From Candidatus Hydrogenedens sp. (GTDB lineage: Bacteria; Hydrogenedentota; Hydrogenedentia; Hydrogenedentales; Hydrogenedentaceae), in the NCBI GenBank assembly GCA_049968235.1, contig JBMFRC010000012.1:33366-97365 (forward strand): DNA of 64,000 bases. Direction: 5' to 3'. The notes beneath the pieces are model-generated. The model had not been told where the DNA came from. It did no database searches and saw nothing but the letters and a program-made list of their open reading frames with translations. Both the position numbers and the translations under genes were made by a program. Of the stretch, positions 1-7,977 are shown one piece after another. Position 1 is the stretch's first letter. Every line of letters begins with the position of its first letter.

Positions 1-35
1 TGAGATATTTAACTTATTAAGTAGCATTGTAATTA

Positions 36-1016
36 TTAAATAAACATACCTATGACTTCAGCCATGCCTGCATTTACAGGAGGAGTTCCGGCACCAGTTG
101 GGTTTAATGGGTCTTCCGCAACATAACGGATAAATTCCACATGCCCATCCATATATAGAACATTGGAACCTCCGGGGATATGATTAAATCCTTCAGGTTT
201 GGTAGAAACATGGTCAAGCATAATCCATACAGAACTCTGCGCCTGTGCGGAAGATGCTGGATTATTAATATCTGTAATTAAGAATCTTTCAATACCTTCT
301 CTTAGGCGATATACAGTACTACCACCACCATTACCATTACCTGCCGTTACAGTTACATCCTTGTCAACAAGATTAGGCCATTGTGCAGGATTCGCAAAAA
401 CAGGAACGAGGGTATTTAGTGCAAGTTCAATAAATTGACCGGGTCCGGTTACAGGCTGATTAATTAATGGAGGAACTGCAGGTAGTGTCATCGGATTGTC
501 TGTAGTTTTAGCACGGTCTAAAACCCAGCCGATATATACATAACTTTCGTCTATTGCAGCAGCACCATAGTGTTCGTTAGTGCATAGCCAGCCTGCGGTG
601 TTTTCTCCTGTTGCATCATTAGTAATATCTTTGATTGTGCTTTGTGCATCGGATGGACAAAAAATTATTGCCGGATCAGTTAAATATTCCGGATACAAAG
701 TCGTTAAATCGGGACCCATAGCAAGGAATACAGACCTTTGAAAAGTGGTGTATGCTGGATTGGCAACATCACAATCTCTATAAATAGGTTGTGAGCCTTC
801 CCTTACGAGAATTCTTGGGAATCTTTCACCTTTTGATTCCCCACAATACATTTTGAACACTAATCCCCATTGCTTCAAGTTATTTTGACAACTTGACCTT
901 CTTGCCGCTTCGCGAGCCCTTGCTAACGCAGGCAGTAAAATAGCAGCAAGAATTCCGATAATAGCAATGACGACTAACAATTCGATTAAAGTAAAACCTT
1001 TTTTACTTTTCTTCAT
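36..1016 (-). CDS. Prepilin-type N-terminal cleavage/methylation domain protein with DUF1559-like C-terminal domain (type II secretion pseudopilin-like)
   Basis: The N-terminus [26 protein letters not shown] is a class III signal / N-methylation motif. The C-terminal motif [17 protein letters not shown] matches the DUF1559 H-x-GG-x-N-x-L-x-x-DGHV signature. Confidence 0.8.
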   Translation of the reverse strand: MKKSKKGFTLIELLVVIAIIGILAAILLPALARAREAARRSSCQNNLKQWGLVFKMYCGESKGERFPRILVREGSQPIYRDCDVANPAYTTFQRSVFLAMGPDLTTLYPEYLTDPAIIFCPSDAQSTIKDITNDATGENTAGWLCTNEHYGAAAIDESYVYIGWVLDRAKTTDNPMTLPAVPPLINQPVTGPGQFIELALNTLVPVFANPAQWPNLVDKDVTVTAGNGNGGGSTVYRLREGIERFLITDINNPASSAQAQSSVWIMLDHVSTKPEGFNHIPGGSNVLYMDGHVEFIRYVAEDPLNPTGAGTPPVNAGMAEVIGMFI

Positions 1017-1288
1017 ATAGGACCTCCTATCGTTAGTTTGTTAATTTTTTAATGAAACTATTTAAGATTAAAAATAGAATTATTATAAGAAGAAAAATAT
1101 GAAAAGTCAAATTTAAATTTTCTTTTCTTTTATAGTTGTATTGTAGATATTATTATTTGTAAAAGTGAAAATAAGTATCTTTTTTGTTGAAGATTCTTAT
1201 TTGTTGTATTTTAATAATATTATTATAAATTGATAAGAATAATGTGTTTTTTGATTATTTTTAATTTAATTAATAGGAAAATTTATTA

Positions 1289-2206
1289 ATGCAAAGAAGA
1301 GAACCTATATATTTAAATATTAATAAAGATAAAGAAGAAGAGTACCTTGAATGGGCAAGAAAATCTCTTCAAAATTGTTATGCATGTCCAAGACACTGTG
1401 GTGTTAATAGATATAAAAATCAATCGGGTCATTGTAAGATAGGTCAGTATGCACGAGTTTCAAGTGCTTTTCCTCACTTTGGGGAGGAATCGTGTTTAGT
1501 CGGTTGGCATGGTTCCGGTACAATTTTTTTTAGCGGATGTAATTTGAATTGTGTTTTTTGTCAAAATTATGAGATTAGCCAGTATCCATCAGGAGCGGAG
1601 TGTTCAGCAGAAATTATTGCAGAGATGATGTTAAACTTACAGTCTTTAGGTTGCCATAATATCAATCTTGTTACTCCTTCTCATGTAATTCCTCAAATTA
1701 TCGAAGTGCTGATTATTGCCAAACGAAGTGGATTACAAATCCCTATTGTTTATAACACAAATGCTTATGATAATATTGAATCATTAAAAATCCTTGAAAA
1801 CTGGATTGATATCTATATGCCTGATATAAAATATTGGGAAGAAGAAACAGCATGTAAATATTCGAATGCTAAAAATTATCCGGATATAGCAAAAGAGTCT
1901 ATAAAAGAGATGCATCGTCAGGTAGGAGATTTAATTATAAATTCTGATGGAATTGCTCAACGGGGATTATTGGTGAGGCATCTTGTGATGCCCGGATTAA
2001 TTCATGAAACGAAAGAGATTCTGAAATGGATAGCATCCGATATTTCTAAAAATACATATATTAATATCATGGGACAATACCGTCCCACATATAAAGTTCC
2101 TCATAATCCCTGTTATCTTAAAATTTCTCGAAGACCAATGCGTGAGGAAATTGAAGAAGTTATTCATTTTTCCAAATTATGTGGATTAACGAGAATTGCA
2201 GAATAA
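1289..2206 (+). CDS. Radical SAM protein, PflX-like (pyruvate formate-lyase activase homolog, COG1313 family)
   Basis: GCNLNCVFCQN gives the CxxxCxxC radical SAM motif. An N-terminal Cys cluster (CYACPRHCG) and a length of about 300 aa fit the PflX family. Confidence 0.65.
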   Translation: MQRREPIYLNINKDKEEEYLEWARKSLQNCYACPRHCGVNRYKNQSGHCKIGQYARVSSAFPHFGEESCLVGWHGSGTIFFSGCNLNCVFCQNYEISQYPSGAECSAEIIAEMMLNLQSLGCHNINLVTPSHVIPQIIEVLIIAKRSGLQIPIVYNTNAYDNIESLKILENWIDIYMPDIKYWEEETACKYSNAKNYPDIAKESIKEMHRQVGDLIINSDGIAQRGLLVRHLVMPGLIHETKEILKWIASDISKNTYINIMGQYRPTYKVPHNPCYLKISRRPMREEIEEVIHFSKLCGLTRIAE

Positions 2207-2247
2207 AAACCCCTTAAACACAAAGTATATTTAAGGGGTTTTTTTTT
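2205..2247. terminator. Bidirectional rho-independent terminator between convergent genes
   Basis: A 9-bp stem CCCCTTAAA (2210-2218) pairs with TTTAAGGGG (2230-2238) across an 11-nt loop. It is flanked by A5 upstream and T9 downstream, so it gives a U-tract on either strand. Confidence 0.7.
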
Positions 2248-2255
2248 CTGATTTT

Positions 2256-4478
2256 TTATCTTACATATTGTTTTCTGATATGTAATGCAGAACAGAAAGT
2301 CATTACACATACAATTAATACAATTGTTAATGTTGAACTAACAGGAACTTCATCTGAAATGATAACATGAAATTCATAAGTAGCATTGGTTTTCTGTCCA
2401 TCATCATATTCACAAATGTATATTCCTGTATCCTCAATTTGTGCGTTGGGAATCCAGAGGGAACGGCAATGAGTATTTAATCCTCTTTCTTCTAAACTAC
2501 CATTTAGTTTGGACCAATTAAATGAAGAATTCATAGATACAGGTTCCGGAACACGCAAGCATATATCAGACCCTGCTTTGAAAATTCCGCCCAATGTTGA
2601 AGAAGAATGGCATTCTTCACAATCCGAACCGGGATATACAACAGGATTTAATGCAGAATTAATATATGCCTGTTTTTTCTCTTCATAACTCATATGTGAA
2701 CGGACAAAATATTCATATTCCTGTTTATTTGTCCAGCCATCCCCATCCGCATCACCATCAGGACCGAAAAATTGAGGTAGAAGTTGATAGAAGGTAGGAA
2801 CAATGATATTTACATGTATATTGAAACTGGGGTCTATAGCCTGTGCTGCTATAGAAATTACAGTCGGTATCATCGTGGATTCTTGATTACCTAAGGTCAT
2901 GTATCCTGCTAACATTTGTGGCAAACCATAAAATATGGTATTTACGATACTTCCTTCACCACCACAGTCTGTAATCATTCGTTGCATGTTTTGGTTGAAA
3001 GCATTCACAGCAATTTGATGACTTATACCGCCATTGGCAGTAAAATCAATAGATGTATTGTTATAACATTCCGTGATAAGTGAAAATTCTAACGAATCTA
3101 ACATGCCATTTCCGGAAATAACAATAGGGTCTATAGATATTTGTCCACCATTCAAATCACATTCTTCAGGACTAAACGAAAGTCCTTCTGCTCCCTGGTC
3201 TCCTAATAAAACATAATATGCACTTAAATTTTCATGTAAATATTGCATACCTGCTACAATTTCATGGTCAGGTTGCCTTATAAAATCATGATACTCCCAA
3301 ACGCCGTTATAACAAAAATCTCCATTGCCTTCTGTATTTCCCGTGCCGGGTCCTCCTAATGGTTTTGAAGTGCTATCTACAATAGTATCATCATCAATTA
3401 CACAAAGTGTAACATTTCCTACTGCCCCTGCAGTATCTACAACCACATTGTAAACTTGATTACCCTGAACATTATTGACAGATAAGATAGAAAGGGGAGA
3501 GGATAAACTATCCTTTGCATTAAAATCAGATGTATCAACATTAGAAACAGGTTCACTAAAAGTTACAGAAAAAGTCATTGTATTTCCGTTAGAAGAAATA
3601 CTATTAATTAAATAAACTTTTGGATAATCCAACCATTGACTAATGAATTCCGACATGCATCTCTGGGCTAATATTTTATAACCTGCTTGAGATAAATGTA
3701 TATCCCCATCAAACAGTCCATCAGGATGAACTAATGAACATGGGTCTCCTCCGGGAAAAGGTGTATAGGTGGGATAATTACCTGGATAAGGGACAGAATG
3801 AGGGGGCAAATTTGTGGGAGTTGATGTCCCAAAATGATATTGCATTAACCCAAGATTATGAACATAATAAACTCGTGGCTTGCTATCTGCCAGAGCCTTT
3901 TTGGCTTGTTCAAATCTTACAAAAGCATTTTGCTGGTCACATATTGAACAACCACCACGGTCTCTGCCTGCAAAAGTATATCCACAAAGAGCAACGCGAA
4001 TATCGGGACGAACTGAAAGAATTTCATCAATAATACCACTCATATAATTTACAATCGTATTAATAATGTATTCTTCCTGGGATGGATTAGAAAGCATATC
4101 ACAATTCCAACGAGATGTTTGTGGAGTTCCTCGAAGGAAATCATTTCCTCCTAATGTTATCAATACAATATCAATTGTAGGATATTTTGCTAATTCTTCC
4201 TTTACATTTTGAATATAATTATATTCTTCAGGGTAAAATTCAAATGCTCGTGCTCCCATAATAGCAGTACGACTACCTATCTCTCTTAAATGTTCCATTC
4301 CAGGTGTTTCGTTAAAAATTTCTTTAAAGGTTCTAAATGCCCACATAAAACCAGTCCAACTATCACCGACTAATAGAACCCGTGGAATTTCCTCTTGAGA
4401 AAATGCAACAGAACTATCTATGAGAATAAGTAAAGATAAGAAACAAATCAAGAATAAACTTAAAATACTATGTTTCAT
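2256..4478 (-). CDS. Secreted multi-domain SGNH/GDSL-like hydrolase with C-terminal Ig-like region and hydrophobic anchor
   Basis: Signal peptide MKHSILSLFLICFLSLLILIDSSVA, then LLVGDSW (GDS block) and ITLGGNDF (GxND block) of SGNH hydrolases. The long C-terminal extension ends in a TM-like segment. Confidence 0.5.
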   Translation of the reverse strand: MKHSILSLFLICFLSLLILIDSSVAFSQEEIPRVLLVGDSWTGFMWAFRTFKEIFNETPGMEHLREIGSRTAIMGARAFEFYPEEYNYIQNVKEELAKYPTIDIVLITLGGNDFLRGTPQTSRWNCDMLSNPSQEEYIINTIVNYMSGIIDEILSVRPDIRVALCGYTFAGRDRGGCSICDQQNAFVRFEQAKKALADSKPRVYYVHNLGLMQYHFGTSTPTNLPPHSVPYPGNYPTYTPFPGGDPCSLVHPDGLFDGDIHLSQAGYKILAQRCMSEFISQWLDYPKVYLINSISSNGNTMTFSVTFSEPVSNVDTSDFNAKDSLSSPLSILSVNNVQGNQVYNVVVDTAGAVGNVTLCVIDDDTIVDSTSKPLGGPGTGNTEGNGDFCYNGVWEYHDFIRQPDHEIVAGMQYLHENLSAYYVLLGDQGAEGLSFSPEECDLNGGQISIDPIVISGNGMLDSLEFSLITECYNNTSIDFTANGGISHQIAVNAFNQNMQRMITDCGGEGSIVNTIFYGLPQMLAGYMTLGNQESTMIPTVISIAAQAIDPSFNIHVNIIVPTFYQLLPQFFGPDGDADGDGWTNKQEYEYFVRSHMSYEEKKQAYINSALNPVVYPGSDCEECHSSSTLGGIFKAGSDICLRVPEPVSMNSSFNWSKLNGSLEERGLNTHCRSLWIPNAQIEDTGIYICEYDDGQKTNATYEFHVIISDEVPVSSTLTIVLIVCVMTFCSALHIRKQYVR

Positions 4479-4628
4479 TTTTGTCTCCTTTTTATTTATG
4501 TTATGTAATAAAAAACAATAATTAAACTAAATAAATTATAGCAATAAAAAAAGAAAAAAATCAATAAAATATACTTAAGAGATATTTTTTTAATAAAAGA
4601 AAAAATTTTAATGAAAAGTATTTTAAAT

Positions 4629-4657
4629 TTGACAAGGAGTAAACAGTGTGCTATAAT
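4629..4657 (+). promoter_or_regulatory. Near-consensus sigma70 promoter (TTGACA-17nt-TATAAT) for rex-hydrogenase operon
   Basis: TTGACA at 4629-4634, a 17-nt spacer, and TATAAT at 4652-4657, lying 80 nt upstream of the rex ATG. Confidence 0.5.
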
Positions 4658-4675
4658 TTGTTCATAAATTCACAA
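4658..4675. promoter_or_regulatory. Rex operator-like inverted repeat 1 (TTGTTCATAAATTCACAA)
   Basis: An 18-nt palindrome-like site resembling the Rex box consensus TTGTGAAnnnnTTCACAA. It sits immediately after the -10 box, where a repressor would overlap the transcription start. Confidence 0.5.
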
Positions 4676-4701
4676 TTATACTTACAGGTAAGTATATAAA
4701 T

Positions 4702-4719
4702 TTGTTTGTAAATTCACAA
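4702..4719. promoter_or_regulatory. Rex operator-like inverted repeat 2 (TTGTTTGTAAATTCACAA)
   Basis: A second 18-nt site sharing the same half-sites (TTGT...TTCACAA), 26 nt downstream of site 1 and 18 nt before the rex ATG. Confidence 0.45.
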
Positions 4720-4736
4720 TTAAAAGTATAAAGTAT

Positions 4737-5432
4737 ATGGTATCTGAGAAAACAGTAGAAAGATTAAGTTTATACCGCCGAATACTTCAACAATTGAGGG
4801 TCGAGAGTAAAGAAACTATAATGTCCCATGAACTTGCGAATATGTTACACATAAAGCCAGCACAGGTACGCAGGGATATTATGCAATTAGGTTATTCAGG
4901 AATACCTAATAGTGGTTATAGAATTCGACCTCTTTTAGAGAGTATTGCAAATTTTTTAGATTCCCCGTTGCCTCAGAGTGCTGTTTTAGTAGGTGTTGGA
5001 CATTTAGGACTTGCGTTATTGGCTAACTTTGCAGGACGATGGAGGCAATTAGCTATTCGTGCCTCTTTTGATAAAGACCCTGCAAAAGTAGGACAGACTT
5101 TTCATGGTTGTCGTTGTTATGCTATGTGTGATTTGCAAAAAGTAATTGCGGAGACAAAAAGTGTAGTAGGCATCCTGGCAATACCGGGTGAAAGTGCCCA
5201 ATCTGTTTGTGACCTTCTTGTTCAGTCAGGTATTAGTGGCGTATTAAATTTTTCCCCATTGCGAATTAAAGTGCCTGATAATGTCTTTATAGAACATGTT
5301 GACCTTTCCGCTACGTTTGAAAAAGTTTCGTTCTTTGCAAGAAGAATGAAACATTATGCAGAAGAAGAAAAACGGAAAGTAGAAAATGAAATTACTGAGG
5401 GTGAATACGAAACATTAACAACCAATCAATAA
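4737..5432 (+). CDS. rex: Redox-sensing transcriptional repressor Rex (NADH/NAD+-responsive)
   Basis: N-terminal winged-helix with LSLYRRIL, then Rossmann GVGHLGLALLANF, then ILAIPGESAQSVCDLLVQSGISGVLNFSP. These are the canonical Rex blocks; the protein also has an acidic C-terminal tail. Confidence 0.85.
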   Translation: MVSEKTVERLSLYRRILQQLRVESKETIMSHELANMLHIKPAQVRRDIMQLGYSGIPNSGYRIRPLLESIANFLDSPLPQSAVLVGVGHLGLALLANFAGRWRQLAIRASFDKDPAKVGQTFHGCRCYAMCDLQKVIAETKSVVGILAIPGESAQSVCDLLVQSGISGVLNFSPLRIKVPDNVFIEHVDLSATFEKVSFFARRMKHYAEEEKRKVENEITEGEYETLTTNQ

Positions 5433-5458
5433 ATAAAAAATTTTGTAGGAGATAGAAT

Positions 5459-5983
5459 ATGAATGAAGAATCAAAGCATGCGTGTATGGAAGAAGCAAGT
5501 GAAGAAGAACTGCTTGCTCGGCTTGATGAAGTAATTGCAGAATATAAGGACAAGCCCGGTGCTCTTATTCCTGTTCTGCAGATTGCTCAGGCTATGTTTG
5601 GTTATCTACCCGAAAGTGCATTAAAAAAGATTAGTTTGGGACTGAACAAACCGTATAGTGAAGTTGCAGGTGTGGTAACATTTTACTCATTCTTTTCAAC
5701 CCAGCCTCGTGGAAAACATATGATTCGTGTCTGTTTAGGAACTGCTTGTTATGTCCGTGGTGGCAAACAGGTTCTTTCTGCAATTAAGGATAAACTCCAT
5801 ATTGATGTTGGAGAGACCACGAAAGACCGTATGTTCTCTTTAGAGGTGGCTCGTTGTTTTGGTGCTTGTGGGCTTGCTCCTGCCATTATGGTGGATAACG
5901 ATGTGCATCAACGGGTAAAACCTGCCCGAATTCAGGCTATTTTAGACCAGTATTTAGACAAAAACACAGAAAAAAATAAATAA
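5459..5983 (+). CDS. hndA: NuoE-like [2Fe-2S] subunit of multimeric [FeFe] hydrogenase (HndA/HydC-like)
   Basis: Thioredoxin-like 2Fe-2S fold with the Cys pattern CLGTACYVRGG ... CFGACGLAPA, typical of NuoE/HoxE/HydC. A good RBS (TAGGAGATAGAAT-ATG) precedes the start. Confidence 0.8.
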   Translation: MNEESKHACMEEASEEELLARLDEVIAEYKDKPGALIPVLQIAQAMFGYLPESALKKISLGLNKPYSEVAGVVTFYSFFSTQPRGKHMIRVCLGTACYVRGGKQVLSAIKDKLHIDVGETTKDRMFSLEVARCFGACGLAPAIMVDNDVHQRVKPARIQAILDQYLDKNTEKNK

Positions 5984-6005
5984 GAAATAAATAAGGAGAA
6001 AAGCC

Positions 6006-6377
6006 ATGTCAAATATTATTCATTCTCCAGAAGACCTTAATGCTTTACGAGAAAAGGCAATTAAGGACATTGAGATTCGTAATTCACATAAAGATTTGGT
6101 GATTACTGTTCACATGGGAACATGTGGTATTGCTGCGGGTGCCAGAGAAGTATTAAAAAATATCATCTCTGAAATTTCTGCTATAGGTATAACCAATGTT
6201 ACAGTCCGTCAATCTGGATGTGCAGGTCTCTGCGACCGTGAACCCATGATTACGGTTACTCATAAATCCTCCGGTTCTGAATATCGTTATGGAAAATTAA
6301 ACACGGAAAAGATACGAGAAATTGTGAAACAGCATATTGCAGAAGGTAAACCTGTGATGGAATATTTAATTTCCTGA
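6006..6377 (+). CDS. hndB: Thioredoxin-like [2Fe-2S] ferredoxin (HndB-like small hydrogenase subunit)
   Basis: 123 aa with cysteine motifs HMGTCGIAAGA and CAGLCDREP of 2Fe-2S Trx-like ferredoxins. It sits between the NuoE-like and NuoF-like genes, as in hnd operons. Confidence 0.7.
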   Translation: MSNIIHSPEDLNALREKAIKDIEIRNSHKDLVITVHMGTCGIAAGAREVLKNIISEISAIGITNVTVRQSGCAGLCDREPMITVTHKSSGSEYRYGKLNTEKIREIVKQHIAEGKPVMEYLIS

Positions 6378-6460
6378 TGAAGAAATACAGGGTAAATTCG
6401 GATTCCCATAAAGTGGTTGAGATGAACATGTATAGCAAAATAAGAAAGAATGATATAGAA

Positions 6461-7906
6461 ATGAAAATGAACATATTACATCTATTTCTTATTTTATTTT
6501 TATGTTCATCCGCAACCTTTACTGAAATATCTGATTGGGAAACCATCTCACTTTCGGATACAGGAGAAGCATTACAAAATCCCGGCATGGGATGGGTATT
6601 ACATTTTTACGATAATGTTCCTGAAAATTATGGTTCTAAATTAGCCCCTTCAGATACTGTTGATGAATTCCCTGCCCTTTCAGTTATTTATTTGCGAATA
6701 GCATGGTCGTTTTTAGAACCTGAAGAAGGAAAGTATAACTGGTCTATATTGGATACTCCTTCTCAACGATGGATTTCTAAAGGGAAACAAATTGCTTTGC
6801 GCATTACCTGTAGTGAAACTCCTATTCCATGGGCGACACCAAAATGGGTTTATGAAGCAGGAGCCAAAGGTAATTTCTTCATTCCTACCCAGGGGATAAA
6901 AGAAAATGGGACACATTGGGAACCCGAATTTGATGACCCTGTTTTCTTGGATAAGTTGGATAATTTTTTAGCAGTGTTAGCAAAGAGATATGATGAAAAT
7001 CCGGAAATAGCCTTCATAGATATGGGTTCATTAGGAGTGTGGGGAGAAGGTCATGTATGGCATTCCACACAAAAACATATTTCGACGGAAACCATAAAAA
7101 AACACATTGATTTGCACATAAAGCACTTTAAAAACACAATAATTGCTCTAAATGATGACCTTATCACAAATGGGCAAAAATTGGATGTAATTCCCGAAGA
7201 GAAAAAAGAACTCCTCAATTATGCTATCAAAAATGGGTTAACACTTCGCGATGATAGTATTCTTGTTCAGGGTGGAGATAATGTATATTTTAGTGCAAGC
7301 CTTGCGGAATACTTCTGGCGAAATAGACCTATCATTTTAGAATCTGAACATTATGGACCATCAAAGGCTGAAAGGCATTGGGGGGACGGAAGTAAATATT
7401 TACAGGCTGTAGAAGATTACCATGCAAGTTATACTTCTATTCATTGGTGGCCAAGGGAGTTTTTACAAGAAAACAAAGATTTGATAGATAAAATCAATCT
7501 TCGTTTGGGGTATCGTATTGTCCCTACCGAAGTTAAATGGCAAAAGACAGTAAAAATATCCGAGAAAAAATGGGATATATCCTACCGTTGGGCAAATAAA
7601 GGAGTGGCACCTTGTTATCGGGATGTATATCCCATTATTACATGGAAAGATGAGAAAGGAGGAATTGTTGCTGTTTTTACAGATGAGACATTTAATCTCA
7701 AACAATTACCAATAGGGAAGCAGGATGAATTAAAAGAAATTGAGGTAAAAAAATCTTTTTTTATTCCTTTTTTATTGAAAGAAGGAAATTATACAGTATT
7801 CATTTCAGCGGGTTCTATTACGGGCACGCCTGAAATTCAATTACCGTTAAACAACACAGACCATGAAAAAAGATATGTTATAGGTAAAGTTAATGTTGTT
7901 TTGTGA
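6461..7906 (+). CDS. Secreted TIM-barrel glycoside hydrolase-like protein (GH42/GH35-like N-terminal motif; DUF4832-like)
   Basis: Signal peptide MNILHLFLILFLCSSATF. AWSFLEPEEGKYNW matches the GH42/GH35 W-x-x-LEP-x-x-G-x-Y motif, and GSLGVWGEGH matches GH42-like blocks. The most likely start is internal, at the MKMNILH methionine at 6461. Confidence 0.5.
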   Translation: MKMNILHLFLILFLCSSATFTEISDWETISLSDTGEALQNPGMGWVLHFYDNVPENYGSKLAPSDTVDEFPALSVIYLRIAWSFLEPEEGKYNWSILDTPSQRWISKGKQIALRITCSETPIPWATPKWVYEAGAKGNFFIPTQGIKENGTHWEPEFDDPVFLDKLDNFLAVLAKRYDENPEIAFIDMGSLGVWGEGHVWHSTQKHISTETIKKHIDLHIKHFKNTIIALNDDLITNGQKLDVIPEEKKELLNYAIKNGLTLRDDSILVQGGDNVYFSASLAEYFWRNRPIILESEHYGPSKAERHWGDGSKYLQAVEDYHASYTSIHWWPREFLQENKDLIDKINLRLGYRIVPTEVKWQKTVKISEKKWDISYRWANKGVAPCYRDVYPIITWKDEKGGIVAVFTDETFNLKQLPIGKQDELKEIEVKKSFFIPFLLKEGNYTVFISAGSITGTPEIQLPLNNTDHEKRYVIGKVNVVL

Positions 7907-7977
7907 AAAAAAATATAAAGATATAAATAAAAACTTCAGAAATGAAGCATACACAAGTTATGGAAAGGAGAAAAAAA

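Noticed and set aside
199-438. 79-aa + strand ORF
   Set aside because: It lies entirely antisense within the well-supported pilin-like gene (36..1016), has no RBS and has low-complexity composition. It is a likely spurious shadow ORF.
1017-1288. Possible mobile-element remnant or small RNA in the AT-rich 272-nt divergent intergenic region
   Set aside because: There are no inverted repeats, transposase fragments or conserved RNA motifs. It is most simply a pair of divergent promoters.
3734-4033. 99-aa + strand ORF inside the SGNH hydrolase gene
   Set aside because: It is antisense to a 740-aa CDS with clear motifs, and there are no start signals.
6256-6588. 110-aa minus-strand ORF between hndB and the GH-like gene
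   Set aside because: It overlaps the end of hndB and the signal-peptide region of the GH-like gene on the opposite strand. The hydrophobic low-complexity product looks like a shadow of an AT-rich region.
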